Virus record (IMG/VR): IMGVR_UViG_3300012953_000109
Coordinates: 1-32,454 of that record
DNA: 32,454 nt
Reading direction: 5' to 3' (one strand)
DNA from: a virus
Lineage: Duplodnaviria > Caudoviricetes
A program made the position numbers and the translations under genes. This document shows, piece by piece, positions 9,695 through 19,083 of the stretch (the stretch's first letter is position 1; the number at the start of each line of letters is the position of its first letter). Under the pieces are notes generated by a model. The model did no database searches and was not told where the DNA came from. It saw only the letters and a program-made list of their open reading frames with translations.

Positions 9695-10441
9695 ATGAAA
9701 GTAAAAAAAGAATTAAAAGACCGAGTCTATAGACTCACAAGGAATGCAGCTCCATTGAGCTTCATGCTCCCTTCAAAAAGTTCAAAGCGTAAACCACTCC
9801 TTTGGTTTGATGAAGAACTAGGAATCAACAAAGAGTTAAGGTATGCAACTAATCAAAAGAGTCCATTTAAAGATGAACAAGATGGTAACGCAATAGTTAC
9901 TCCTATTGTTTTTGAAGATGGATTACTTCAAGTTCCAAAAAGAAATCAAGCTCTACAAACATTCTTATCATATCACCCGTTAAATGGTGTTAAGTTTGAA
10001 GAGGTAGATTTAGCAAAAGATGCAGCCACACAAGTGGAAAGTTTAAATGTAGAAGTAGATGCATTGATAGCCGCTAAAGAACTTACTTTAGAGCAAATGG
10101 AAATGATAGGTAAAGTTATCTTGTTTGGTAATGTATCTAAAATGTCAAGCTCTGAATTAAAAAGAGATATTTTAATATATGCTAAAAATTACCCTAGGGA
10201 ATTTTTGAGTGCAATATCAGACCCTGAGATACAATTAAATTCAACCGTTCAAACTTTCTTTGATGAGAGAATGTTGATATTCAAGAATCAAAAGAAGGAT
10301 GTGTATTTTAATTTACCGGGAAATAAAAAGAGATTGATTCAAATTCCGTTTGGTGAAGACCCTATTTTTGTTTTATCATCTTATTTTAAAACAGACGATG
10401 GAGTTGACAAGCTCGAATACTTGGAAAAAAAGCTCAAATAA
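9695..10441 (+). CDS. Conserved post-MCP phage protein (248 aa), function unknown
   Basis: Long clean ORF with an A/T-rich leader. Occupies the slot of the conserved gene that follows MCP in crAss-like genomes (synteny only). Confidence 0.7.
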   Translation: MKVKKELKDRVYRLTRNAAPLSFMLPSKSSKRKPLLWFDEELGINKELRYATNQKSPFKDEQDGNAIVTPIVFEDGLLQVPKRNQALQTFLSYHPLNGVKFEEVDLAKDAATQVESLNVEVDALIAAKELTLEQMEMIGKVILFGNVSKMSSSELKRDILIYAKNYPREFLSAISDPEIQLNSTVQTFFDERMLIFKNQKKDVYFNLPGNKKRLIQIPFGEDPIFVLSSYFKTDDGVDKLEYLEKKLK

Positions 10442-10447
10442 TAGTCG

Positions 10448-10455
10448 TATATTTG
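10448..10455 (+). promoter_or_regulatory. Bacteroidota-type -7 promoter box (TATATTTG)
   Basis: TAnnTTTG in the intergenic gap upstream of the ATG at 10487. Confidence 0.6.
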
Positions 10456-10486
10456 TTCTTTATTAACTCATAAAATTTTTTAAATT

Positions 10487-10762
10487 ATGAAAAAATATGG
10501 AGATTTATCCACCTCAGGTGGAGACGGACTTATTTCTTTGACTGATGTTGCATCTTGCTACATTGATTCAAATGATGATGTAATCATTGATTATAATAGT
10601 GGTTCGAGTATTGCTATTGCATCAGCATCAGCTTTAGTACAGGCAGACGCAGATATTGTATTCGGTGTTATCAAGAGTGCTCAAGAGCAAAAATGGAGTA
10701 AAGTAAAATATATTATTCCGGAGTTAAGCCAAACTGTTAACGCTATAACATTCACCTTTTAA
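10487..10762 (+). CDS. Small putative virion (decoration-like) protein, paralogue A
   Basis: 91 aa with an A/T-rich leader; aligns by eye to the next ORF. Confidence 0.65.
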   Translation: MKKYGDLSTSGGDGLISLTDVASCYIDSNDDVIIDYNSGSSIAIASASALVQADADIVFGVIKSAQEQKWSKVKYIIPELSQTVNAITFTF

Positions 10763-10773
10763 ACCTAGAAACT

Positions 10774-11019
10774 ATGATGAATAAATTTTTAAAAATCGGA
10801 GATTATGTTTTTGGAGGTAGTGTAATATATGTTGGTGTAAGCGGAGGGACATTAACCCTTAACTACGAAGACAAGCAAATTGCCCTAACCGGAGCAGGAA
10901 GTTTTGTAGCTGCAGATAAAGTCGCAGTCGAAGATGCTCTTGTACAGGTTTGGGGACAAGGCTATACTGACTCAACCATTGATGTAACTTTAAGTCAAGC
11001 AATAACAACTGTTGCATAA
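10774..11019 (+). CDS. Small putative virion (decoration-like) protein, paralogue B
   Basis: 81 aa (the start may be 10774 or 10777); shares the IA...A.s.V.AD...V...LSQ.v..i pattern with the previous ORF. Confidence 0.65.
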   Translation: MMNKFLKIGDYVFGGSVIYVGVSGGTLTLNYEDKQIALTGAGSFVAADKVAVEDALVQVWGQGYTDSTIDVTLSQAITTVA

Positions 11020-11041
11020 CAATTGTTTTATTGAAGAAATC

Positions 11042-11076
11042 AAAAGGGGACTAGAAAACAGTCCTCTTTTTTTTTT
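11042..11076 (+). terminator. Intrinsic terminator
   Basis: AAAAGGGGACT-AGAAAAC-AGTCCTCTTTT stem (one G.U pair) running into a 10-T tract. Confidence 0.85.
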
Positions 11077-11079
11077 GTT

Positions 11080-11087
11080 TATCTTTG
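11080..11087 (+). promoter_or_regulatory. Bacteroidota-type -7 promoter box (TATCTTTG)
   Basis: TAnnTTTG immediately after the terminator, ending 17 nt before the ATG at 11104 (same spacing as the 6962 box). Confidence 0.65.
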
Positions 11088-11103
11088 TAAGAAAGATTTA
11101 TAG

Positions 11104-11829
11104 ATGATAAATTCAGTTAGACAAACTGTCTTGTCCATTCTTAATAAGAATAATTACGGGTATGTATCTCCAAGTGATTTTAACTTGTTTGCAAAACAAG
11201 CACAGTTAGATATATTTGAAGATTATTTTTACCAATACAATTATCAAATAAACAAAGAGAATGCAAGACAATCAGGAACAGGGTATGCTGACATTAAAAA
11301 GGGTTATGAAGAAGTTATCGACACCTTTGGTGTTATTAACCCTTTAATACAGACAGTACCGGGAACCCCCGGTTCTAATACTTGGAATATGCCTTCTGAT
11401 TATTATTTAATAAATAAAATATTATATAGAGATGGAGCTCGACAAAATGAAGTAGAAAGAGTTCATCAAAACAAAATCACTTTATTGAATCAATCTTTAT
11501 TAACTGCACCGTCAGCACTCTATCCTGCATATACTCAAACGGGTAGTGTGGTCACAGCATTTCCTAGCACAATTAACAATGCCGGAGATTTGACTTGTCA
11601 ATATATTCGTTTCCCAAAAGACCCCGTGTGGACATATATAAACCTATCGGGTGGAGAACCTGTATTTGACCAAACTGCTGCAGATTATCAAGACTTTGAG
11701 TTGCCTCAAGATGATGAGCCAACTTTAATTATGAAGATATTACAATTTTCAGGAATGTCAATTAGAGAAATACAAGCCGTTCAGTTTGGACAGCAACAAG
11801 AGGCTTTGGAGGACCAACAAGAAAGATAA
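11104..11829 (+). CDS. Putative tail ring/adaptor protein
   Basis: 241 aa; LNKNNYGYVSPSDFNLFAKQAQLDIF, WNMPSDYYLI, YIRFPKDP and DFELP motifs resemble crAss-like ring proteins; position in the tail module. Confidence 0.65.
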   Translation: MINSVRQTVLSILNKNNYGYVSPSDFNLFAKQAQLDIFEDYFYQYNYQINKENARQSGTGYADIKKGYEEVIDTFGVINPLIQTVPGTPGSNTWNMPSDYYLINKILYRDGARQNEVERVHQNKITLLNQSLLTAPSALYPAYTQTGSVVTAFPSTINNAGDLTCQYIRFPKDPVWTYINLSGGEPVFDQTAADYQDFELPQDDEPTLIMKILQFSGMSIREIQAVQFGQQQEALEDQQER

Positions 11830-11832
11830 ATT

Positions 11833-12756
11833 ATGTCATATATAACACCATATCAATATTACGAAAATGGAGGGAATCTTCCTGAGAATGCTAATTGGGG
11901 GTCTTATCAATATGTAAGCCTACAAGACATCATCACTAATTTTGAATTGATGTATGCGGGTAATCATTCCTTAGTTAACAATGAGGAGAGGTATAAGATT
12001 TTATTTCATGCAAAAAGAGCAATACAAGAATTAAACTATGACGCATTTAAGGAGATAAAAATATTGGAGCTTAATGTTTGTAAAACACTACGCTTTGTGT
12101 TACCGCCTGATTATGTTAATTGGGTTCGTGTATCTTGTTTCAAAAACGGTTTGCTGTATCCGTTGACAGAAAATATTCAAACAAATTATTCAGATGCATA
12201 CCTACAAGACGATAAATGTAGAATTTTATTTGACCATGATGGTAATATATTAAAACCTGAAAATTCAAACTTGGATTTAGAAAGAATTACAGGAGGCTTG
12301 AAAAGCATTTATCTAAACAAGAATAGTATATTTTATGGATATGAAGGATACTGCTGTGATGGGTATTGGTATTTTGATTATCAGATAGGTTCTCGTTTTG
12401 GTCTCAATACTGAAACAGCAAACGCAAACCCTACATTTAAAATAGACAACAAGGGTGGAGTTATAAACTTCAGTTCAGGAATGTCAGGTGAATTATGTGT
12501 TCTTGAATATGTTTCTGATGGAATGGAAAACGGAGACAACTCTAAAATTACAGTAAACAAATTATTTGAAGAATATATTTATGCATATATCGAATTTGCT
12601 ATTTTAAGTTCAAAGTTAGGGGTACAAGAATATATAGTTAATAGAACTAGAAAAAGAAAAAGTGCTCTATTAAGAAATGCGAAAATAAGAATTAGCAATA
12701 TACACCCCGGCAGGTTATTAATGAATCTAAGGGGTAGAGATAAATGGATAAAGTAG
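11833..12756 (+). CDS. Putative tail tubular/ring protein
   Basis: 307 aa; AKRAIQELNYD, FVLPPDYVNWVRVS and LEYVSDG motifs; directly upstream of the nozzle gene as in crAss-like phages. Confidence 0.65.
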   Translation: MSYITPYQYYENGGNLPENANWGSYQYVSLQDIITNFELMYAGNHSLVNNEERYKILFHAKRAIQELNYDAFKEIKILELNVCKTLRFVLPPDYVNWVRVSCFKNGLLYPLTENIQTNYSDAYLQDDKCRILFDHDGNILKPENSNLDLERITGGLKSIYLNKNSIFYGYEGYCCDGYWYFDYQIGSRFGLNTETANANPTFKIDNKGGVINFSSGMSGELCVLEYVSDGMENGDNSKITVNKLFEEYIYAYIEFAILSSKLGVQEYIVNRTRKRKSALLRNAKIRISNIHPGRLLMNLRGRDKWIK

Positions 12757-12757
12757 A

Positions 12758-15700
12758 ATGGCAAATTTAACTAGAAACTTTGTAGCAGGTAAGATGAATA
12801 AAGGTCTTGATGAAAGACTCTTACCTAATGGTCAGTATATTGATGCTGTCAATGTTCGTTTGGGCTCTACTGAAGTTACAGAGATTGGAGCAGTTGAACT
12901 TGCAAAAGGTAACGAACAACTTACCACCCTATCATTTAACAACACACCTTTATCTTCTGACGCTAAATGCATAGGGGCTTTTGAAAATGGAGAAAACGAA
13001 ATTCTTTATTGGTTTGTCCATGACCCAAATTTTCCTACAGGTGTTACCGGAAAGTGCGATATGATAGTATCTTTTGACGCTACAAATAACTTACTTGTAT
13101 ATCATGTAGTAAGTATGGATGACGGAGGCGGAATAAATACCACATTAAATTTTGATGAAAAAGAATTAGTATTAGGGGTCAATCTTATTGAGAATTTATT
13201 ATTCTTTACCGACAACTTTAATCCACCTAGATTTATAAGCACCACCAAAAACTATCCTAACCCTGTTTTAAATGTAGACCAATTTGCGGCAGAAGATATA
13301 CTTGTCATAAAAAGACCACCGGCTTTTGCCCCGGCTATCTCACCACTACCATCTAGTTCACCCAACAACTATATGGAGGATAGGTTTTTATCTTTTGCTT
13401 ATAGATACAGATATGCAGACAATGCATTCTCTGCAACATCTCCTTTCTCTCCACCGGCTTTTATACCCGGTCCTTTTGAATTTGAGTTTGACACTTTCTT
13501 AAATGGAGGGATGTTAAATGCTGCTAATATAGTGAGGATTGACTACAACACAGGGGGACCATTGGTTGTTGGAGTAGACCTTTTGTTTAAGGATAATAGC
13601 ACCAATGTAATTAAAGTCATAGAGTCTTTTAACAAGGAGGATTTGGGATTACCCGATAACTCAACAGAAACTTATACATTTAGTAATAGTAAAGTCTTTC
13701 AGGTTTTGCCTGATACTGAGATATTCAGGACATTTGACAATGTGCCATTGAAAGCCAAGGCTCAAACCCTTATGGGTAACAGGTTGATGTATGGAAACTA
13801 TGAAGATGGTAATGATGTAGTAGATGAGTTTGGGTCTCCTGTAAAGCTAGAATATTTTACGAACTCCGTTAGTGAATTAGTAGACAACGAATCACTAGAG
13901 GTGACCTTGGATACAGGGACCTATAACATAGACCCCGGTGCTCAAGGAACTCAAATACCTAGTTCTAGATTGACTTTAGATTTTTCTAATGTGGATTTAG
14001 TCCAAGGTGCAGCTTTTACGGTAGATGCAGATTTGTCTCACTCGACTTTTACAGATACCACATTAACAGAAACTAACAACAATATAGCCATTGATTTCAC
14101 ATTCTTGCTTCCCGCAAGTTATGCAGATGCTTTCACTATGGCAAATTCACAAGAATTTATTGATGCTATATCTGCAATAGAGGCAAACTTTGCAGATTCT
14201 TGTAACGGAACCTCATTGACAGACCAATTCAATTGTGATGCATTGAATACTTTAAATGATGCAAACACAGGTATTGCGTATAATAAAACAGGTAGTGGAA
14301 CTGTAGCTATAAATCAAGGTTTTTTAATTATTGCTGACCAAGCAACTCCGAATATTATCACAATACAAATCAATGCACTTCAGTATACTGACCCTAATAA
14401 TCCCGCTAACCAAGCGTATGAGTATCAAACCATAAACCTTGCTACTGCTGAATTTACTAAAATAGCAAACGCAACAAGTCTTCATAGCAACAGGGGGTAT
14501 GAGATTGGTATAATATATTTAGATGAATTTTCTAGAGCTACTACAGCTTTGGTTAGTGAAAACAACAATGAATACTTCCCCTGTGGAAGTTCGGTAAATC
14601 AAAATAAAATACAAGTAGAAATACCTCCTGCTCAATTAGCTCCAACATGGGCTAAGTATTATAAGTTTTGTATCAAACCTGATAAGGAAAATTACGACAC
14701 TATATACACTAATTTATTTTTTGAGGATGTCACTTTAGGTTCTACATGGTTTTTATTAGAAGGTGAGAATAGCAGAAAGATAGAAGAAGGGGATGAGCTT
14801 ATAGTAAAGGCTGATACTGATGGACCTATCACGAGGTGCACAAGAGTTAAGGTTTTATCCAAAGAGGCTAAATCAAGTAACTTTATTCTTCCACCCCCAC
14901 TTGATGATGCAGGAAACCCCATCGGTGGTTTTGATGATAACAATAATGAGTTGCCCGGTGTTCCTGCAGGAACATATATGAGGTTACGAACCAATCAGTT
15001 TACGACTGCATCGGGTGATAATCCTTTTCAAGAAGATAGTGCCAAAGGAAGTGCTCAAAGAGATGGCTTTCTTGGTCCCCCTGAATGTAAAACTTTAAAA
15101 CTTTTAATAGGAAGTATAGATAACCCTGACACCCCTACAGGTGCATATAACCCTCTTGACCCTGCAACTTACGAAAGAGTAGACTTAGATATACCGGCAG
15201 GTTCAACTTTAAATGTAACCATAGACAATAAAAGAAACGGAGGAAGTGGAGACAAATGTGAGTTGGTGGAGTACCTAACAGATGTTACCGTGACAGCATC
15301 ACAAGATTATGCTAATGTATATGATTTTTTTATTGCTCAGAATATTTATGGAGCCATGGTTTCGGCACAAAGTGCACGAACAGATACTAATGACTCTCCA
15401 CCTGAATTAGTATTTCCTAACCAAACTTTACAAGACGGGTCTCCAAGCGGTCTACCTTGTAATGTGGGAGATGTCTCAATAGCGTGGACAAGAGATAACT
15501 CAGGCTCAGATGCAGGTCAACTTAGGTTTCATGTTAGAAGTAGTAAGTCATGTGGTGAAAACAAAAACAGAAGGGTAAACTTAAAAATTAGCATGACGCT
15601 AATTCGTAGAAATACTTTGATTGTATTTGAAACCGTACCTCAAGATGCAGCACCTGACCTTTGGTATGAAAGTGCAGATACATTTAGTGTGTTTCCTGAC

Positions 15701-18136
15701 GGAACGCATGAGGGTAATGTACAATCACAAACCGCAAATCAAAACGCTATTATAGATACTGACTTTTTTAATTGTTATACTTTTGGAAACGGTGTTGAAA
15801 GTAGCAAGATAAGAGATTCTATAGTGGGTAAACCATTAGAACTAGGTAACAGAACAACAAGCACATCCGAGAAAGAATTTGAACTAGCCCATCGTTTTGC
15901 TGACATCACCTATAGTGGAGTATTTAATCCTGAAAGTAATGTGAACAAACTAAACGAGTTTAATTTAGGACTACTTAACTTTAAAACATTAGAAGATGAA
16001 TATGGTCCTATTACACTAATGGATGGAAGAGCTACCGATATTCTCGTGTTACAAGAGGATAAAATATCTTATGTTTTACAAGGTAAAAACTTACTAAGTG
16101 ATTCAACGGGAGGAGGAGCTGTGACATCGGTTCCGCAGGTTTTAGGAACACAAATAGCCCGAATAGAAGACTATGGCAATAGTAACAACCCTGAGAGTTT
16201 TACCAAATGGGGTGCAGATAAATTCTTTACTGATGCCAAGCGAGGAGCAGTATTACAACTAAAAGGTAGTTCAGCACAAAACGAACAGCTTCAAGTTATA
16301 TCAGAAACAGGAATGCGTTCTTATTTTAGAGATTTATTTATAAATAACTTTAATACATTTAAGTTAGGTGGGTATGACCCCTACATGGATGAATATGTAT
16401 TGAACAACACAACAAGAGAAATACCTGTTCCTGAGGTTGAAATACCATGTGGTATCACTCAGAGTTTTACTTTATCCAAAAACTCTTCTGAGGAATTTGT
16501 TTATGATTTAGGTTTTGACATTGGAAGTGTTGAGGTAGACTTTACAGTTGGAGGATTACAAGCAGGTGAAGAATTAGAAATTACAGGTATATATCCTTCC
16601 CCTTCAGGTCCCCAAGTGTTTAATCAAGTAATAAATGCAGACGGCTCTTATGCTTTGACGTTTAATAAGACTTTTGTCAATCAAAACTTACTTAAAGTTA
16701 CAGTTGAAAAAGTGGGAACAGTTCAGTCTGCCGACATAAACCTTACGGTATTTTGCCCTGATGCGGTGCAAATGAATGTTGTACAGGTGGCAATCACTAG
16801 CGATAATGAGGCGGGTAAATTTATACATGATGAATATAGATGGAACGATACCACTTTCTTAAGTGCATTACAGTCAGAACAAATAGAGTTTCAATCAGGA
16901 ACAGGATTGATAGTTTCTCAGTTTACTTCTGTACAAGGGGCTCAGGGTGGAAACATAGCACCGGCTGATGGAGCATCAGTAAAAATTATCAGCAATAAGA
17001 TACCTGCTTTAGGGGATGACTTCAACTTTAATATAAATAGTAACTCATTTAAATTCTTGAGAACAAGCACTACTTATCTCAATACCCCCACAGGTATTGC
17101 GAATTTATTAGCAGCCGCTAATGCTATACCAAATATAACAGGGGGTGGAAATCAATTTGAAGGACAGTTTACTATGCCTACATCAAACGACCCTAATTTA
17201 TATTTAATATATGACTATAGAGACCCTACTGAGGCAGAACTTTGTTATTCTTCAAGCGATGCTACAGATGCTTGTTGTGGATGCTCTTCAGGCGACACAC
17301 CTTCAAACAGAGTAGCCACTCTATGTAGAAAATATACTACAGGTGGAGTCACTATAAACAACACATCAGGAAGTCCTGACACAGTAGTAATACCTCCGAC
17401 TACCGGTGTAACATTAAATACATTTGTGACTATAACAGGTGTCAGCAATGACTGTGAATACAGAGTAGGGAGTGAAACACCTGACGCATCAACGAATACT
17501 GTTAATAACATTATAGTAAATCAAACCGATTGTACGCAAAGTGCCGGAACTTATACCGTAACTGCCGATGGCGGTGCTGCAATAGTGACCGTTCAAGATT
17601 CGTCAGGAACAGTATTTACAGAGGAAATACCTCAACTTGAAGAAAGAACTTATTGTGCGAGAAACATATCTGTTGACCAAGGTAATCCTGTAATAGAATA
17701 CACAGACTGTGGTTGTAACAATTTAAACTTACTGCTTCAAAGATGTGATGTGTTTACTGCTGCAACGACTGTCGTTGCAACGAATGATATTCTAACAAGT
17801 AGTGTTGGTCTAGGAGATTTTGTAGCATTGAGTGGATTAGGAAATGCAGGTTGTGCGTATGAAGTAATAGCCTTTACAAATGCAACAGCCACAGAGTCGG
17901 CAACAAATTTATTTTTGGGAACTTGTAGTTCTTCTTGTGCAACTTATGAATTGTTCAACGGTTTAGCGAGTGACCTATCAATAAATTATTTAACTTGTAT
18001 AGGTAATAGTGCATCAGTTACTATTCCGGGAGGAAGTACGGTTACAGTTTGTATGAGAGCGGACTCTGTTACAGGTAAAGATTTTAATAGTCTAACAACA
18101 ACTTTCATAAATTGTGGATGCATAACACCGGCATAA
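12758..18136 (+). CDS. Tail stabilisation/nozzle (muzzle) protein, N-terminal and main part, with a C-terminal Cys-rich extension
   Basis: N-terminal NFVAGKMNKGLDERLLPNGQYIDAVNVR, LLFFTDNFNPPRFI, FAYRYRY, GNRLMYGNY, GNGVES..IRD, YGNSNNPESF, FFTDAKRGAVLQL and GGYDPYMDEYVL motifs recalled from crAss-like stabilisation (P22 gp10-like) proteins. Confidence 0.75.
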   Translation: MANLTRNFVAGKMNKGLDERLLPNGQYIDAVNVRLGSTEVTEIGAVELAKGNEQLTTLSFNNTPLSSDAKCIGAFENGENEILYWFVHDPNFPTGVTGKCDMIVSFDATNNLLVYHVVSMDDGGGINTTLNFDEKELVLGVNLIENLLFFTDNFNPPRFISTTKNYPNPVLNVDQFAAEDILVIKRPPAFAPAISPLPSSSPNNYMEDRFLSFAYRYRYADNAFSATSPFSPPAFIPGPFEFEFDTFLNGGMLNAANIVRIDYNTGGPLVVGVDLLFKDNSTNVIKVIESFNKEDLGLPDNSTETYTFSNSKVFQVLPDTEIFRTFDNVPLKAKAQTLMGNRLMYGNYEDGNDVVDEFGSPVKLEYFTNSVSELVDNESLEVTLDTGTYNIDPGAQGTQIPSSRLTLDFSNVDLVQGAAFTVDADLSHSTFTDTTLTETNNNIAIDFTFLLPASYADAFTMANSQEFIDAISAIEANFADSCNGTSLTDQFNCDALNTLNDANTGIAYNKTGSGTVAINQGFLIIADQATPNIITIQINALQYTDPNNPANQAYEYQTINLATAEFTKIANATSLHSNRGYEIGIIYLDEFSRATTALVSENNNEYFPCGSSVNQNKIQVEIPPAQLAPTWAKYYKFCIKPDKENYDTIYTNLFFEDVTLGSTWFLLEGENSRKIEEGDELIVKADTDGPITRCTRVKVLSKEAKSSNFILPPPLDDAGNPIGGFDDNNNELPGVPAGTYMRLRTNQFTTASGDNPFQEDSAKGSAQRDGFLGPPECKTLKLLIGSIDNPDTPTGAYNPLDPATYERVDLDIPAGSTLNVTIDNKRNGGSGDKCELVEYLTDVTVTASQDYANVYDFFIAQNIYGAMVSAQSARTDTNDSPPELVFPNQTLQDGSPSGLPCNVGDVSIAWTRDNSGSDAGQLRFHVRSSKSCGENKNRRVNLKISMTLIRRNTLIVFETVPQDAAPDLWYESADTFSVFPDGTHEGNVQSQTANQNAIIDTDFFNCYTFGNGVESSKIRDSIVGKPLELGNRTTSTSEKEFELAHRFADITYSGVFNPESNVNKLNEFNLGLLNFKTLEDEYGPITLMDGRATDILVLQEDKISYVLQGKNLLSDSTGGGAVTSVPQVLGTQIARIEDYGNSNNPESFTKWGADKFFTDAKRGAVLQLKGSSAQNEQLQVISETGMRSYFRDLFINNFNTFKLGGYDPYMDEYVLNNTTREIPVPEVEIPCGITQSFTLSKNSSEEFVYDLGFDIGSVEVDFTVGGLQAGEELEITGIYPSPSGPQVFNQVINADGSYALTFNKTFVNQNLLKVTVEKVGTVQSADINLTVFCPDAVQMNVVQVAITSDNEAGKFIHDEYRWNDTTFLSALQSEQIEFQSGTGLIVSQFTSVQGAQGGNIAPADGASVKIISNKIPALGDDFNFNINSNSFKFLRTSTTYLNTPTGIANLLAAANAIPNITGGGNQFEGQFTMPTSNDPNLYLIYDYRDPTEAELCYSSSDATDACCGCSSGDTPSNRVATLCRKYTTGGVTINNTSGSPDTVVIPPTTGVTLNTFVTITGVSNDCEYRVGSETPDASTNTVNNIIVNQTDCTQSAGTYTVTADGGAAIVTVQDSSGTVFTEEIPQLEERTYCARNISVDQGNPVIEYTDCGCNNLNLLLQRCDVFTAATTVVATNDILTSSVGLGDFVALSGLGNAGCAYEVIAFTNATATESATNLFLGTCSSSCATYELFNGLASDLSINYLTCIGNSASVTIPGGSTVTVCMRADSVTGKDFNSLTTTFINCGCITPA

Positions 18137-18146
18137 TAATATAAAT

Positions 18147-19082
18147 ATGGCAACATTAGGAACATTTTTTTTAGACGGACCAACATTAGAAACTAGCACA
18201 ACTGTTTTTACAGATGCTACTTTAACTACTGCAGCAGCAGATGGTTGGTATTCTGATGGTGTAAACTATAGACAGCAAATAAATGGTATTTTGGGTCCTG
18301 TAGTTGCGTGTCCTTCGTGTGTGACTCCATGTGGAAGTGCTTTAGCTTTTAACGGTGCTAACGGTCTTTACGAAATAACTTATGGTATAGGTACAGATTT
18401 AGGTGCTATCATAGTTTACTTCAACCCACAAAGTGTGGTTGATGGAATTAGTTGTGTTTACGGTAATGTAGTTTATAATACAGCCACAAGTCCTAACTTT
18501 GGTTTTCTTGGTAGTGGGAGCATATATAATTTCTTAGGGGCTAGTAATGCTACAGGTGCAAATAATATTGGTCCCACATTAGATGCAGGAGGATATACAG
18601 GGCAAGATTTTTATTTAGCAGATGCCAATGGTAACTTTCCAAATACCCCAACAAATTCAAATGGAGTAGTAACAGGTTCAAGTGCTGATGTTAATTTAAC
18701 TCCTAATACAGGACCGGGTGCTGTTACTATAGTAATTCCAAGAACGACTGTTGGGTTTACAAGTATAACGCTAAGAGTGTTTGGACCTCCGGGTGCTGTT
18801 ACTGCATGGAGTGCAACAGTCAATTGCCCCGTAGCATTAACGCCAACTCCGATTAGTAACCCCAATGTAGATTGTGGTAATGCCTCATTTCCAAATACTG
18901 TTTATGTTGCTCCGAATATATCGGGAACTGCAGGTAGCCCTGCTGTGAATGAATTTGCTTTTCAAGATGAAAACGGTGAAATAGGATATCCTGCGGGAGA
19001 TTATCAAATTAATTTGGGTGCATCGACTGCATTAATTACGATAGATGTTAACCATGTAATAACCGCTTATAACCCTTGTTAA
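18147..19082 (+). CDS. Putative tail-associated beta-rich protein with a CPSCxxPC motif
   Basis: 311 aa, T/G/N/P-rich. Similar motifs at both ends (VFTDATLTTAAADGWY and AFQDENGEIGYPAGDY). Lies between the two nozzle parts. Confidence 0.6.
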   Translation: MATLGTFFLDGPTLETSTTVFTDATLTTAAADGWYSDGVNYRQQINGILGPVVACPSCVTPCGSALAFNGANGLYEITYGIGTDLGAIIVYFNPQSVVDGISCVYGNVVYNTATSPNFGFLGSGSIYNFLGASNATGANNIGPTLDAGGYTGQDFYLADANGNFPNTPTNSNGVVTGSSADVNLTPNTGPGAVTIVIPRTTVGFTSITLRVFGPPGAVTAWSATVNCPVALTPTPISNPNVDCGNASFPNTVYVAPNISGTAGSPAVNEFAFQDENGEIGYPAGDYQINLGASTALITIDVNHVITAYNPC

Positions 19083-19083
19083 T

